A stretch of 63,740 bases of DNA, filler included, from Candidatus Fermentibacterota bacterium (lineage in GTDB: Bacteria; JAFGKV01): assembly GCA_016928395.1 (NCBI GenBank). It is 4 parts of 4 records of this genome, joined end to end, with 100 filler letters (N's around TTAATTAATTAA, not from the genome) between each part and the next. Parts side by side here need not be neighbours in the genome. Positions count along the whole stretch, not along the records: positions 20,529 to 42,682 come from JAFGKV010000099.1; 3 more parts are not named here. The stretch is one strand, 5' to 3'. The position numbers and the translations under genes were made by a program. Positions 20,966 to 30,476 of this stretch are shown here, one piece after another; the stretch's first letter is position 1, and every line of letters starts with the position of its first letter. The notes under the pieces were generated by a model. That model did not search any database. It was given only the letters and a program-made list of their open reading frames with translations, and was not told the origin of the DNA.

Positions 20966-22036
20966 ATGAAGATAGGACAACGATCCGTCCTGCTCGGCCT
21001 TGCCACCATTGGGCTTCTCGGCGTTGGAAGAATGCTTCTCGATTTGGTTGTCTTACGGGGCAGCACACCGGGGATCGCGTCCACGCGAAGCATCAGCTCC
21101 CTTGAGCAGCAGGAGATCGGGGGCGTTAAGCAGTGGGTTCTCATTCGCGGTCACGATCGCACCAGACCAGTCCTGCTGTTCCTGCACGGGGGTCCGGGAA
21201 TGCCCGCAATGTTCCTCGCACACGCATTCCAACGGGAGCTGGAACGAGACTTTATAGTTGTACACTGGGATCGGCGGGGAGCTGGAAAGTCCTTCGATGC
21301 ATGGTCGCGAGCGTCAGACTTGAGCGTGAGCCAAACACTCGGGGACACTTATGAACTGACGCAGAGTCTGCGCGCGCGTTTTGACCAGCAGCGGATCTAC
21401 ATCTTGGGCCATTCATGGGGGAGCTACCTGGGGCTCTTGGCCGTCCAGGGTCACCCGGAGTACTACGCAGCCTACATCGGGATGGGGCAACTCGCTGGAA
21501 CTCGTGACGACGTACATGCGTTGCAGCGCGAGTTCCTCTACCACGCAGCGAAGATGACTGGTGATACGGCACTCCAGGCTCGTTTTGCCGATGAGTCCGT
21601 CGTGATTACTGATGATGATTTATTTCGCTCAGGTGGAGAGCTTTACGCTTCTCGGAGCTTCTGGCCGCTTCTGAAGACTGGATTGGCCGCTCCGGAGTAC
21701 ACGCTCCGCGATGTAATGAGCGTGAAGAAAGGGGCGGATCTCGTCAGCCGGGAGATGAAGTACGATGTCGTGGCCAAACCCTTGGATGGGGAGATTCGGA
21801 AGGTAGACGTGCCTGTTTTCTTCTTCCTGGGCCGGAGTGATTTCAACACACCATCGCAGCTGGCCGCGCAGTACCTTGATCGACTCGATGCTCCACTCAA
21901 AGAGCTTGTGTGGTTCGAAGAGTCGGCACATTTCCCATTCTTTGAGGAGCCTGATCGCTTCCACAGGGAGCTGCTTCGGGCCGAGGAGGCAGTAGCTGAA
22001 TTTTGGAAGAGCAAATTTGACAGTACAGTGCCTTAG
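20966..22036 (+). CDS. Alpha/beta hydrolase (proline iminopeptidase-like), integron cassette 1
   Basis: HGGPG, DRRGAGKS, GHSWG nucleophile elbow, SAHFPFFEEP; AGGAG RBS; followed by attC. Confidence 0.88.
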   Translation: MKIGQRSVLLGLATIGLLGVGRMLLDLVVLRGSTPGIASTRSISSLEQQEIGGVKQWVLIRGHDRTRPVLLFLHGGPGMPAMFLAHAFQRELERDFIVVHWDRRGAGKSFDAWSRASDLSVSQTLGDTYELTQSLRARFDQQRIYILGHSWGSYLGLLAVQGHPEYYAAYIGMGQLAGTRDDVHALQREFLYHAAKMTGDTALQARFADESVVITDDDLFRSGGELYASRSFWPLLKTGLAAPEYTLRDVMSVKKGADLVSREMKYDVVAKPLDGEIRKVDVPVFFFLGRSDFNTPSQLAAQYLDRLDAPLKELVWFEESAHFPFFEEPDRFHRELLRAEEAVAEFWKSKFDSTVP

Positions 22037-22048
22037 CTGCCTGCGGAC

Positions 22049-22110
22049 GCCGAACAAGGCGATGCAGCGGTCGTCACTACGCCACGCCGCTGATCGCCAT
22101 CCCGTTGGGG
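22049..22110 (+). mobile_element. attC site
   Basis: GCCGAAC ... GGCGAT-G-CAGCGG / CCGCTG-ATCGCC (paired L boxes with one extrahelical base) ... GTTGGGG; 62 bp, directly after the hydrolase stop. Confidence 0.85.
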
Positions 22111-22112
22111 TC

Positions 22113-22152
22113 TTGACAGAAGGCTCCGGTCATGTGTATGATGCCTACACAT
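22113..22152 (+). promoter_or_regulatory. vapBC promoter with operator palindrome
   Basis: TTGACA-18-TATGAT; inverted repeat ATGTGTA-7-TACACAT overlaps the -10. Confidence 0.7.
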
Positions 22153-22166
22153 CCTGGAGGTGTATC

Positions 22167-22358
22167 ATGAGAACGAATGTCGTGATCGATGACAATTTGA
22201 TGTTGCGTGCCATGCGCACCAGCGGATGCCGCACCAAGCGTTCGGCGATCGAGTCGGGGCTGCGCCTGCTGGTTCAGGTCAACAGTCAGAAGAAACTCCG
22301 CGCACTCAAGGGCAAGATTGCCTGGGAGGGTGATCTCGAGGAAATGCGGAAGGACTGA
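22167..22358 (+). CDS. vapB: VapB-family antitoxin (DUF2191 type)
   Basis: MRTNVVIDDNLM...TKR...WEGDLEEMR; GGAGG RBS. Confidence 0.88.
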   Translation: MRTNVVIDDNLMLRAMRTSGCRTKRSAIESGLRLLVQVNSQKKLRALKGKIAWEGDLEEMRKD

Positions 22359-22359
22359 A

Positions 22360-22749
22360 ATGGTCATCGTCGATACCTCGGCTTGGATCGAGTACCTTGG
22401 CGGTGGTGAGCCCGACGTTGTGACGAAGGTCGATCTGTGTCTGGAGCAGGATGTGGTCGGTATTGGCGACCTCATCTACTGTGAGGTCATGCAAGGGATC
22501 CGGTCGCCGAAGGAGAGAAGAGAAGTGTCAACGCTTCTTCTCTCGTTGCCACGATTCGAGATGGTCGGGTTCAGCGTGGCGGAGAAATCCGCGTCGAACT
22601 ACCGACTTCTTAGATCCAAGGGGGTGACCGTCAGGAAGACAATCGACGTTCTCATCGGAACTTTCTGCGCAGAACACGGCTTGCGGATCATCCACCATGA
22701 CTCTGATTTCGATCTGATGGCAAAGCACATCGGGCTCGACATAATCTGA
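22360..22749 (+). CDS. vapC: VapC PIN-domain ribonuclease toxin
   Basis: MVIVDTSAWI, EVMQG, RKTIDVLI, HDSDF. Confidence 0.9.
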   Translation: MVIVDTSAWIEYLGGGEPDVVTKVDLCLEQDVVGIGDLIYCEVMQGIRSPKERREVSTLLLSLPRFEMVGFSVAEKSASNYRLLRSKGVTVRKTIDVLIGTFCAEHGLRIIHHDSDFDLMAKHIGLDII

Positions 22750-22797
22750 CCCCAACCATTGCTTTCAGGCGACGGCTCACACGCAACCTCGTTAGGC
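22750..22797 (+). mobile_element. Degenerate or shortened attC closing the vapBC cassette
   Basis: CCCCAAC (exact complement of the cassette's leading GTTGGGG) ... GTTAGGC; inner boxes pair poorly; 48 bp. Confidence 0.6.
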
Positions 22798-22830
22798 GGA
22801 TGCTGCGGTCCCCCTCCTGGAGGTAGGAAT

Positions 22831-23352
22831 ATGTCCAAGGTCAACCTCTCTCAGAAGTTCGCTCTCATCAAGGAATATTGGTCCCCGAAGATTGCGGACC
22901 GACTGAACGGCCAGCATGTCAAGCTAGCCAAGTTCAAGGGCGAGTTTCTTTGGCACTATCATGCCAGCGAAGACGAACTCTTACTGGTTACCAAGGGCTC
23001 CTTGACGATCCAGCTCAGGGACGGCGCCGTTACCCTTGCCGACGGTGAGTTCTACATCGTTCCTGCCGGAGTGGAGCACAGGCCAGCGGCCCCTGAGGAA
23101 GTACACGCACTCATGCTAGAGCCGATCTCAACACTTACTACCGGGGGAATGCTCGCGGGGTCAGAGTACCAGGAGAAAGTCAAGGGGTTTCTTCTGTCTT
23201 GTGACACAAGGATCTCCTCCCGTTCCGGCATCCGCCGGTTTTCGAACACCCGCCAGCTCAGGACCTCGGCTCTCGACGCGAGACGTCCTCGAGGTCTGAC
23301 GTTGCCGGTGGCCGACCCTCTCCGTGTGTCTGACCGGAGCAGCCTGGTCTGA
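22831..23352 (+). CDS. Cupin-domain protein, probable cassette 3, with aberrant or replaced C-terminus
   Basis: EYWSPKI, KLAKFKGEFLWHYH.SEDE, VPAGVEHRP; family-like sequence stops at about 23150 and no closing attC is seen. Confidence 0.75.
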   Translation: MSKVNLSQKFALIKEYWSPKIADRLNGQHVKLAKFKGEFLWHYHASEDELLLVTKGSLTIQLRDGAVTLADGEFYIVPAGVEHRPAAPEEVHALMLEPISTLTTGGMLAGSEYQEKVKGFLLSCDTRISSRSGIRRFSNTRQLRTSALDARRPRGLTLPVADPLRVSDRSSLV

Positions 23353-23851
23353 CGAGATCTCTGTTCTGTGCGGCCACTGAAGGCGCGGAGCGCACTCAGA
23401 CTTCTCCAGGGTGACAGTAGGCCACGCAGCGATCTCGAAATCGCTATCGCTGTCGTAATCGGCGAGCCGGGCCCCCAGTCCGAGAACGGGCTTCCCATGA
23501 AATCTCATACAAGCCCTGGGGGTAGATCTTGAGTTCGCAATCCTCTCAGCCACTTGAGGTACTCTCGGGCCGGTCGTGCAGAGCGGCCCCCGCAGCGTCG
23601 CCGGCAGGGCCCGTCGCACCACCATCTGCCTTGACTTCTCCCTTGCGCTGCAGTACCCTCAGGCCTTCACACCGTGACGGCACATGCCACCCGGCTTCCC
23701 GCGTCAACCCCGAGGGAAAGCATGGCCAACAGCGAGTTCAAAATCGGATGCCCGTGGGCAGCCCCAAAGGCCCATGGGGGAGCCTGCCCCTCTGGCAATG
23801 TCCCGGGCGCCACGGCCTGGTGCCCAGCGATGTCCGGCAAGGACGACTGCC

Positions 23852-26533
23852 TTGGTTGAACTGCATGAATCCGAACGGCTGACCAGGAAACGACGCATCG
23901 ATCCGCGGCTGGATGGGGTCGGCTGGCCGCTGGCTCCCGCGGGTGTACGGTCCATGGCGGCACCGTTCCGCACCGAGGAACACCCAACTGCCAACGGTCC
24001 CGCCGACTACGTGCTCTGGCTCGATGGCCGCATCGTGGCCGTGGTGGAGGCCAAGAGGGTGACGGTGGGCGCCCAGGAAGTCTTGACCCAGGCAAAGCGC
24101 TACGCCCGGGGCCTCCATCAGTCGGCCTTCGACTTCGAGGGCATTCGGTGTCCGTTCCTGTATTCGACCAGCGGTGACGAAATCTGGTTCCACGATGTGC
24201 GCCACCCCATGAACCGCGCCCGCCGGATCGCCGAGTTCCACACGCCGAACGCCCTGCGGGAGATGGCAAGCCGGGAGTTCGAGGGCTCCCTCGCCGAGCT
24301 CAGCTCTCTTCCCATCGACACCCAACGGCTGTGGCCCCATCAGCAGGCGGCCAATGCCGCCATGGAAGCGGCCATCGCCGGCCGGAAGCGGGCCATGCTC
24401 CTGGCCATGGCCACCGGCACGGGCAAGACCATGACCATGGTCAGTGAGGCCTATCGGCTCATGAAGTCAGGCGTGGCCAAGCGCGTGCTGTTCCTGGTCG
24501 ACCGCCGCGCCCTGGCCGCCCAGGCGGTGCGGGCATTCGCCGCGTTCGAGCCCGAGGTCGGGCTGAAGTTCGACCGCATCTACGAGGTCTACAGCAGCCG
24601 GTTCCAGCATGATGACTTCGGCGAGGGCGAGGCTTTCGATCCCAAGGTGATGCCGTCCCGCTACCTGAGCGATCCCCAGCCGGGCCACGCCTTTGTCTAC
24701 GTGTGCACGATCCAGCGCATGGCTATCAACATCCTGGGCCGCCAGGCGATCTTCGGCGTGGGTGACGAGGCCATCGATGACGACGCCGACCGGCTCTGTG
24801 TCCCGATCCATGCCTTCGACGTGGTCATTGCCGACGAGTGCCACCGAGGCTACACCTCCCAGGAGCTCTCCGTGTGGCGTAGCACTTTGGATCACTTCGA
24901 TGCCATCAGGATCGGGCTCACGGCAACACCCGCGTCGCACACGTCGGCATACTTTGTCCACAAGGTGTTCGATTATCCCTACGAACGGGCCGTGCAGGAC
25001 GGCCGCCTGGTCGACTACCATGCCGTCACGATTCACTCGGATGTGCGTATGAACGGGATCTTTCTGCGGGAGGGCGATCACGTGGAGGTGGTCGATCCCC
25101 AGACCGGCCTCTCCGCCATGGACACCCTGGAAGACGAGCGGGTATTCGACACGTCAGACATCGAGTCACGGATCACCGCGCCCCAGTCCAACCGGCTCAT
25201 CCTCGAGGAGATCAAACGCTACGCCGATGCCCACGAGCGTGAGTTCGGCCGATTTCCCAAGACCTTGATCTTCGCGGCGAATGACCTCCCCCACATGTCC
25301 CACGCCGACACTCTTGCCGATCTGGCGCGCGATGTGTTCGGCCGCGGCGATGACTTCGTGTGCAAGATCACGGGCCGTGTAGATCGTCCCCTGCAGCGCA
25401 TCCGCGAGTTCCGCAATTTGGCCAAGCCGGGCATCGCGGTCACTGTCGATCTTTTGAGCACCGGTGTCGACATCCCGGATCTGGAGTTCATCGTGCTGCT
25501 CAGGCCCGTGAAGTCGCGCATCCTGTTCGAGCAGATGCTGGGCCGCGGCACCCGCAAGGGCGAGAGGTTCACCGACAAGCCCTACTTCACCGTGTTCGAC
25601 TGCTTCGACGGCACGCTCCTGGCCTACTTCAGGGGCGCGACCGGCATCACGATCGGCCCTCCCGACCAGCCCAGCCGCACCATCGCCGAGGTCATCGAGG
25701 ACATCTGGGCCAATCGCGATCGTGAGTACAACACCGCCTGCCTGATCAAACGGCTCCATCGCATCAACCGAAGCATGGCTGCCAGTGCCCGCACGCTGTT
25801 CGCCGCGTGGCTCCCACAGGGCGACGTGGCGCGCTTTGCCCGGGGGCTCAGCCAGGCACTAATCGACGACTTCGTGGGCACCATGGATCTCTTGCGCAAT
25901 CCCGAGTTCCAGGCCCTGCTGATTGACTATCCGCGCCCGGCGCGGGAGTTCTGGAAGGCAGATGAGTATGGCGATACCGTAACGTCGACTCTGCTCATCC
26001 GTGACACCCTGGGGCAGGAGTACAAGCCCGAAGACTACCTGGTCGCGTTCTCACGGTTCGTGCGGGAGAACCCCGCCCACGTCGAAGCCCTGCGCATCCT
26101 GCTGGACCGGCCTCGCGACTGGAGCGCGGCCGCCCTGGGTGAATTGCGGGAGAAGCTCATGCAGAGCCGCTACCGGTTCAGCGTGGAGACCCTCCAGAAG
26201 GTCCACGAGCTGCGCTACCACAAGGCGTTGGTGGATATCATCTCCATGGTCAAGCACGCGGCCGATGAGGAGGCCCCGTTGCTCACCGCCGCGGAACGCG
26301 TGGAGCGCGCATTCGCGCGGTTGACCTTGGATCTGTCGTTCACTCGGGACCAGGAGAAGTGGCTGTCTCGCATCCGTGCGGTGATGCAGGAGAATCTGTC
26401 CCTTGGCCGGGAGGACTTCGACTATCAGCCCGCCCTCGCCGATGCGGGGGGCTGGGGAGCGGCGCGCAGCGCATTCGGCGAGACAGAGCTGGTCAGACTG
26501 ATCCATGCCCTTAATGAGGCCATCGCCGCATGA
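23852..26533 (+). CDS. hsdR: Type I restriction endonuclease subunit R (EcoEI/EcoAI-like C-terminal domain)
   Basis: ADY...VEAK nuclease motif, ATGTGKT, DECHR, GLTATP, TGVD, QMLGRGTR; start uncertain (TTG 23852 chosen). Confidence 0.92.
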   Translation: MVELHESERLTRKRRIDPRLDGVGWPLAPAGVRSMAAPFRTEEHPTANGPADYVLWLDGRIVAVVEAKRVTVGAQEVLTQAKRYARGLHQSAFDFEGIRCPFLYSTSGDEIWFHDVRHPMNRARRIAEFHTPNALREMASREFEGSLAELSSLPIDTQRLWPHQQAANAAMEAAIAGRKRAMLLAMATGTGKTMTMVSEAYRLMKSGVAKRVLFLVDRRALAAQAVRAFAAFEPEVGLKFDRIYEVYSSRFQHDDFGEGEAFDPKVMPSRYLSDPQPGHAFVYVCTIQRMAINILGRQAIFGVGDEAIDDDADRLCVPIHAFDVVIADECHRGYTSQELSVWRSTLDHFDAIRIGLTATPASHTSAYFVHKVFDYPYERAVQDGRLVDYHAVTIHSDVRMNGIFLREGDHVEVVDPQTGLSAMDTLEDERVFDTSDIESRITAPQSNRLILEEIKRYADAHEREFGRFPKTLIFAANDLPHMSHADTLADLARDVFGRGDDFVCKITGRVDRPLQRIREFRNLAKPGIAVTVDLLSTGVDIPDLEFIVLLRPVKSRILFEQMLGRGTRKGERFTDKPYFTVFDCFDGTLLAYFRGATGITIGPPDQPSRTIAEVIEDIWANRDREYNTACLIKRLHRINRSMAASARTLFAAWLPQGDVARFARGLSQALIDDFVGTMDLLRNPEFQALLIDYPRPAREFWKADEYGDTVTSTLLIRDTLGQEYKPEDYLVAFSRFVRENPAHVEALRILLDRPRDWSAAALGELREKLMQSRYRFSVETLQKVHELRYHKALVDIISMVKHAADEEAPLLTAAERVERAFARLTLDLSFTRDQEKWLSRIRAVMQENLSLGREDFDYQPALADAGGWGAARSAFGETELVRLIHALNEAIAA

Positions 26534-26562
26534 CCCTGCCCCTTCGCCCTCCCTCGTCCTCC

Positions 26563-26858
26563 GTACGGGAGGGCGACCCTGCCCTCCCGTTGCCCCCCGT
26601 AGGGGAGGGCGACTCTGCCCTCCCGCCCCCCTGTAGCCACGGCGGTGCCCGCCGTGCATCCTGCCCTCCCGTGAGCTATCACGCCGTGCCGACCCCGACC
26701 TCCTTGCCCCCCGTAGGGGAGGGCGACCCTGCCCTCCCGTCCTCCTGCAGCCACGGCGGTCTCCGCCGTGCATGCGACCCTGCCCTCCCGTTGCCCCCCG
26801 TAGGGGAGGGCGTCCCTGCCCTCCCGCACTCCTGCAGCCACGGCGGTGCCCGCCGTGC
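26563..26858 (+). repeat. Cluster of two GTAG-headed REP-like palindromes (BIME-like)
   Basis: GTA(G/C)-GGGAGGGC...GCCCTCCC at 26563, 26599, 26713, 26800; G(T/C)AGC-CACGGCGG...CCGCCGTG at 26633, 26747, 26834. Confidence 0.8.
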
Positions 26859-26882
26859 CATCCCGTGCTCGAAGGATACTCC

Positions 26883-28325
26883 ATGACCGACATCGTTCAG
26901 AAGCTCTGGGGATTCTGCCACACCCTGCGCCACGACGGCATCGACTATGGCGACTACATCGAGCAGATCACCTACCTGCTCTTCCTCAAGATGGCAAACG
27001 AGCGGGGGATCGACCTCCCCGAGGGCTGTGCGTGGCCCGGTATCCGCGACCGCAGCGGCACCGACCTCATCGATCACTACATCGACGTGTTGCGCACCCT
27101 CGGTCGAACCCACGGCATCCTCGGCGACATCTATGCCGGCGCCCAAAGCCGTTTCAGCAATCCGGTGAATTTGAAGCGCCTCGTCTCGCTCATCGACGAG
27201 ACGGAGTGGACCTCCCTGGAGGTCGATGTCAAGGCTGCGGCATATGAGGGGCTCCTGGAGAAGGCCGCCAGCGAGGGCAAGAAAGGCGCAGGGCAATACT
27301 TCACGCCGCGTATCCTTATCCAGGCCATCGTGCGGTGCATGAAGCCCGATCCGCGCACGCGGCCCGAGTTTGCGATCTGCGATCCTGCCGTGGGCACGGG
27401 TGGATTTCTCGTCGTGTCCTACGAGTGGCTGGTAGGGGAATGCAGGGGCGCGCTGGACCGTGAGATGGCCAAACGCGTGCGCACCGAAACGTTCTTCGGG
27501 GAGGAACTGGTGGAACGGCCGCGCCGGCTCGCGCTCATGAATCTCTACCTGCACGGCATCGAACCGCGCATTCGGCTCGGTGACTCGATCTACGACCCGC
27601 CGGCGAGCCAGCGGTACGACGTCGTGCTGACCAATCCGCCGTTCGGCACCAAGGGCGCGAACCAGGCGCCCACGCGCGACGACTTCACCATCACCACCTC
27701 GAACAAGCAGCTCAACTTCGTGCAGCACATCCTGACGATCCTGAAGCCCGGCGGCCGGGCCGCCGTGGTGTTGCCGGACAACTGCCTGTTCGCCGACCAG
27801 GCCGGCGAGGTGTTCAAGATTGTCACCGAGTATTGCGACCTGCACACGGTGCTCCGCCTCCCCCGCGGCACGTTCACGCCGTACAGCCCCGGCGTGAAAG
27901 CCAACGTGGTCTTCTTCACCAAGGGCTATCCGACCGACACCGTCTGGATCTATGACGCGCGCACCAATGTGCCGGGCGTCACCAAGAAGGATCGGCCCCT
28001 CACCCCGGCGCACTTCGAGGAGTTCGCAACCTGCTACGGCGCCGATCCCAATGGCCGTGCCGTGCGTAACCCGCTGGATTCATCTCAGGATCGCTGGCGT
28101 TCTTTCCACATCTCCCAGGTCAAGGCGCGCGACTTCAAGCTCGACGGCTTCAAGTGGCTCAAGGAGGACTCCCTCGAAGACGCCGACGACCTCCCCGAAC
28201 CCGAGGAGCTCGTGACCGACGCCATCAGCGAACTCGAATCCGCCGTCGAAGAACTGAATCTGGTACTTCGCCTCCTCGAAAACGGCGCAAGCCCCCGGGG
28301 CCCCAGCGCCTCCTCCCCGGAATGA
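26883..28325 (+). CDS. hsdM: Type I R-M N6-adenine methyltransferase
   Basis: MTDIVQKLW, GAGQYFTPR, DPAVGTGGFL (motif I), NPPF (motif IV). Confidence 0.95.
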   Translation: MTDIVQKLWGFCHTLRHDGIDYGDYIEQITYLLFLKMANERGIDLPEGCAWPGIRDRSGTDLIDHYIDVLRTLGRTHGILGDIYAGAQSRFSNPVNLKRLVSLIDETEWTSLEVDVKAAAYEGLLEKAASEGKKGAGQYFTPRILIQAIVRCMKPDPRTRPEFAICDPAVGTGGFLVVSYEWLVGECRGALDREMAKRVRTETFFGEELVERPRRLALMNLYLHGIEPRIRLGDSIYDPPASQRYDVVLTNPPFGTKGANQAPTRDDFTITTSNKQLNFVQHILTILKPGGRAAVVLPDNCLFADQAGEVFKIVTEYCDLHTVLRLPRGTFTPYSPGVKANVVFFTKGYPTDTVWIYDARTNVPGVTKKDRPLTPAHFEEFATCYGADPNGRAVRNPLDSSQDRWRSFHISQVKARDFKLDGFKWLKEDSLEDADDLPEPEELVTDAISELESAVEELNLVLRLLENGASPRGPSASSPE

Positions 28326-28379
28326 TGGAAGACTGGAAGGGTGGAAGGGTGGAGTGAAGGAAGAATGGATGAATGGAAG
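28322..28379. repeat. Purine-rich degenerate octamer repeat (GGAA-N2-TG type)
   Basis: aatgatgg aagactgg aagggtgg aagggtgg ...; same family at 47550 and 60445. Confidence 0.6.
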
Positions 28380-28408
28380 ACCGTGGGCAGCATAGGCGGC
28401 AAAGTCTC

Positions 28409-29134
28409 ATGCCGATAGCCTTGCTTCTTCTGGTGGCTGTCGCGCTGGGGGGCGCAGGCGTCGCGGGACCTACCCGGTCTGTCGCCTCCGCAAGCGACTC
28501 CTTGCGAGGATCGACGCCCCTGGGGGCCCTGGGCGCAAACGCAGACAGCGCCCGGTTTGCAGCCCTTACTCGCACCCTCGCCACAGGATGTCGGTGCCCC
28601 GGCGTTACCGATAGCGTCGACGTGACGGGAGATCCACTTCTCAACCCGGCACATTCCCTCCATGAAGGAATGCGTGACAGCCTCCGCGACGCGATGGACT
28701 GCTGGAAGGACGGAACGGGCTTCCACGACTGGTGCTGTGGGGACACGAGACCTGAAATCCTGCACAGCGTGGACCCGGCATACCCCGAGTCGCTCCGGCG
28801 AGGGGGGGCCAATGACACTGTCGTTGCCCTGTGTTTCGTGAATCGCGATGGCAGGGTGGCTCGGGTGGAGCGCAAACGGGGGCGACCCGAGTTGTACGAT
28901 GCGACATTCAAGGCGTTGTGCCAATGGAGCTTTAAGCCCTGCACGTGGGTCTGTGAGAATGGGGCTTCGTTTCCGGTGGGGGTTTGGGTGGCAGTGCCTT
29001 TCGTGTTTCTCGCGGACTCCCAGGAAGGCCATGCCTCCGGGGATCCCGGAAACACGGCGATTCGGGGCGATGCGCCCCCACTCAGGTCGGAGAAGGAGTT
29101 GTCCATTCCCTCCGAAGCGCGGGACAGCCCGTGA
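28409..29134 (+). CDS. Secreted protein with TonB C-terminal domain
   Basis: Signal peptide; PAYPESLRRGG, VNRDGRV, QWSFKP, VAVPFVF. Confidence 0.7.
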   Translation: MPIALLLLVAVALGGAGVAGPTRSVASASDSLRGSTPLGALGANADSARFAALTRTLATGCRCPGVTDSVDVTGDPLLNPAHSLHEGMRDSLRDAMDCWKDGTGFHDWCCGDTRPEILHSVDPAYPESLRRGGANDTVVALCFVNRDGRVARVERKRGRPELYDATFKALCQWSFKPCTWVCENGASFPVGVWVAVPFVFLADSQEGHASGDPGNTAIRGDAPPLRSEKELSIPSEARDSP

Positions 29135-29149
29135 GGAGAACGCGCTTTT

Positions 29150-29328
29150 CTCGGTGCGCTCGGGAGTTGTCAGTGATCAGCCGTCGGATGGCAGTTCTGA
29201 ACTCTGCGCTCCGACTTCCGTGTTCGCCATTCCGAACTCCGCACTCGACAGCTCATCCCCTCGCCCGTCTGGGAGAGGGCAGGGGTGAGGGCGCTTCGGC
29301 CTTCCTGCGCAGCAGGTTCTCCTCACTC
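29150..29328 (+). repeat. 179-bp direct repeat, copy 1 (contains CCCTCGCCC...GGGAGAGGG REP-like hairpin)
   Basis: Near-identical to 30807..30985. Confidence 0.9.
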
Positions 29329-29338
29329 GCGAGACACC

Positions 29339-29367
29339 TTGACGGATCCCGCTGGGTACTGTAAAAT
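29339..29367 (+). promoter_or_regulatory. Sigma70 promoter of TA module
   Basis: TTGACG-17-TAAAAT. Confidence 0.65.
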
Positions 29368-29394
29368 ACCTATAAAGCACTCAATGGGAGGAAG

Positions 29395-29676
29395 ATGATG
29401 ACCTATATTGCGGTCAAAGACCTGAAACAGGGCGGCGCGCTCTGGACGAAGCTGAACGAGGAGCGCGAGCTCGTGGTCACTCGGGATGGGCGTCCGTGCG
29501 CCATTCTCATCAGCGTCGATGGAGACGAGGTTGAGGATTCGCTGGCCGCGATCCGTCGTGCGCTGTTCTCAGCGGCGGTAGGGCGGGCTCGGCGCAGAGC
29601 GGAAGCCAACCCGCCCCCGGCGGACATAGTCGAACGGGCGGTCCGAGAGAGCAGAAGGTCGCGACGCTCATCATGA
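29395..29676 (+). CDS. Phd/YefM-like antitoxin
   Basis: IAVKDLK...LVVTRDGRPCAIL; stop overlaps the next start (ATGA). Confidence 0.8.
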   Translation: MMTYIAVKDLKQGGALWTKLNEERELVVTRDGRPCAILISVDGDEVEDSLAAIRRALFSAAVGRARRRAEANPPPADIVERAVRESRRSRRSS

Positions 29677-30101
29677 AGGCGGTCCTCGACACGAATGTGC
29701 TCGTGTCGGGCATGATCAACCCGGTCGGCGCGCCCGGCAGGCTGGTGGACATGGTTCGTGCCGGGGTGTTGCGGTTGGTGGTGGACGATCGCGTCCCGCG
29801 TGAGTACGCGGATGTGCTTCGTCGCCCCATGTTGCGGTCGTACTTCTCCTTGGCCGATGCCGAAGCGATCCTTGACTTCCTTCGACACGGCGCCGAGCCC
29901 GCGCTGGCCACGGTGTGTGTCAGCGGGCTGCCGGACCCGGATGACGCCCCGTTCCTTGAAGTCGCCCTCGCGTCCGGCGTCCCGCTCATCACGGGAAACA
30001 CGAGGCATTTCCCTTTGAATCGGCGCGCCGGGTGCACCGTCCTGACCGCGGCTGAGTTCGTGGCGCAGTACTGTCAAGCAGATGCTACTCCTGTCCCGTA
30101 A
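29673..30101 (+). CDS. PIN-domain toxin (PIN_3-like)
   Basis: VLDTNVLVSG, EY, PDPDDAPFLEVA, LITGNTRHFP. Confidence 0.88.
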   Translation: MKAVLDTNVLVSGMINPVGAPGRLVDMVRAGVLRLVVDDRVPREYADVLRRPMLRSYFSLADAEAILDFLRHGAEPALATVCVSGLPDPDDAPFLEVALASGVPLITGNTRHFPLNRRAGCTVLTAAEFVAQYCQADATPVP

Positions 30102-30191
30102 CCTCGCGCCGCGAGAGGTTCATAGCGCACGTTTCTCGGTCCGCGACCTCCCACTCTCGCAAAGGGGGATCGAGGAGGATTCATCCTTGAC

Positions 30192-30219
30192 TTGACATTA
30201 GTATCAATAATGATATCAT
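30192..30219 (+). promoter_or_regulatory. hicAB promoter and operator, probably leaderless
   Basis: TTGACA-16-TATCAT ending 5 bp before the ATG; palindrome TATCA-ATAA-TGATA. Confidence 0.65.
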
Positions 30220-30224
30220 AGGCC

Positions 30225-30476
30225 ATGAGATCTCTTGAGCGAATTCTGGAGGAGATGCGGGCAAACCCGACAGGCGTTCGGTTTGCCGAGCTGTGCCGCG
30301 TGTGTGATCACTACTTCGGCCCTGCCCGGCAACGGAGCTCCAGCCATCGAGTATACAGAACCCCGTGGCAGGGAGATCCTCGCGTCAACATCCAGAACTC
30401 ACGCGGCATGGCGAAGGCGTATCAGGTCCGCCAGGTCCTGCGGGCAGTTGATCGGTTGAGAGGTGAAGATGCGTAA
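30225..30476 (+). CDS. hicA: HicA-like toxin
   Basis: 83 aa, NPTGVRFAEL, SSSH motif, AKAYQVRQVL. Confidence 0.8.
   Translation: MRSLERILEEMRANPTGVRFAELCRVCDHYFGPARQRSSSHRVYRTPWQGDPRVNIQNSRGMAKAYQVRQVLRAVDRLRGEDA

Noticed and set aside
23684-23851. N-terminal 56 aa of the HsdR ORF
   Set aside because: Looks like an upstream open-frame extension; family-like sequence starts near ESERLTRKRRID
26563-26858. CRISPR array
   Set aside because: Spacers are not unique or of constant length, two repeat types alternate, and no cas genes are present
26679-28013. 444-aa minus-strand ORF
   Set aside because: Antisense shadow of hsdM
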